Positions 63,363 to 64,000 of a stretch of 64,000 nt of DNA are shown piece by piece (the stretch's first letter is position 1; each line of letters begins with the position of its first letter). Origin of the DNA: Chrysomallon squamiferum. Its lineage: Eukaryota > Animalia > Mollusca. The translations under genes were made by a program, and so were the position numbers. Where the stretch lies: positions 1,054,001-1,118,000 of the forward strand of contig CM022679.1 of assembly GCA_012295275.1 (NCBI GenBank), in the 5' to 3' direction. The notes below the pieces were generated by a model. It saw only the letters and a program-made list of their open reading frames with translations. It was not told the DNA's origin and searched no databases.

Positions 63363-64000
63363 GTATTCAGTTCTAAAGCCACATAATTAAGTTTGATACC
63401 TAATAGTAATTATAATGTACGTACTAGTGGTTGCAGTAACGGTTGTCGTGGTGGGATTAATGGTAATGGTAGTAATAATGGAAATTCCAGGACAGCAGTA
63501 GTGGTGGTCGTCGTCGTAGTGGTACTAATAGCAGTACTATTATTAATGGTGGTGGCTGTTGTGGTAGTAACAGTTGTAGTTGTAGTAATGGTGGTGGCGG
63601 TGATGTTAGTAATAGTAGTAGTAGTACGAATAATGATGGTGGCTGTAGTAGGGGGTGGTGGTAGCAATAATACTAGTAATACTAGTAATGGTGTGGTGGT
63701 AGTAGATATAGTAGTAATAATAGTAGTGGTATTGGTGTTAGTAGTAATGTAGTAGTCCTAGTACTGGTGGTGGTGGAACTAGTAGTGGTGGTGGTAGTGT
63801 GGGTAGTAGTAATAAAAGTAGTCTTATTAATGGTGGTGGTGGTTATAGTAGTAATAGCAGTAGTGGTAGTAATAATGGTGTTGGTGGAGGTGGTAATGGT
63901 ATTGGTGGTTGAAGTAATAATAGTAGCAGTAATAGTAGTAATAGTAGTAGTAGTAGTAATAATGGTGTTGGTGGAGGTGGTAATGGTATTGGTGGTTGAA

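Overview
AT-rich, microsatellite-dense eukaryotic (animal) DNA. Most of the supplied ORFs are simple-repeat artefacts. Manual splicing shows the whole window is a tandem cluster of secreted chymotrypsin-fold (peptidase S1A) serine protease genes, all with the same 7-coding-exon layout. In order: A (last exon only, +), B and C (complete, -), D (complete, +), E (pseudogene, +), F (open frame but catalytic His->Arg, +), G (complete, +), H (pseudogene, catalytic Ser->Gly, +) and I (first two exons, +, runs off the window). There are also orphan and inverted exon fragments. The proteins are atypical: the mature N-terminus is IIGG/TIGG/SIGG/STGG, the S1 residue is Gly rather than Asp189, Cys220 is absent, there is an extra Cys in GWGC, and there are two loop insertions. 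Some intron and flank blocks look better conserved than the exons. The family features and genome texture suggest a cephalopod (octopus-like) salivary/venom protease expansion, but that is inference, not shown by the sequence. Introns and spacers hold Tc1, piggyBac, RTE-LINE and tRNA-SINE remnants and many paralog-specific minisatellite expansions.
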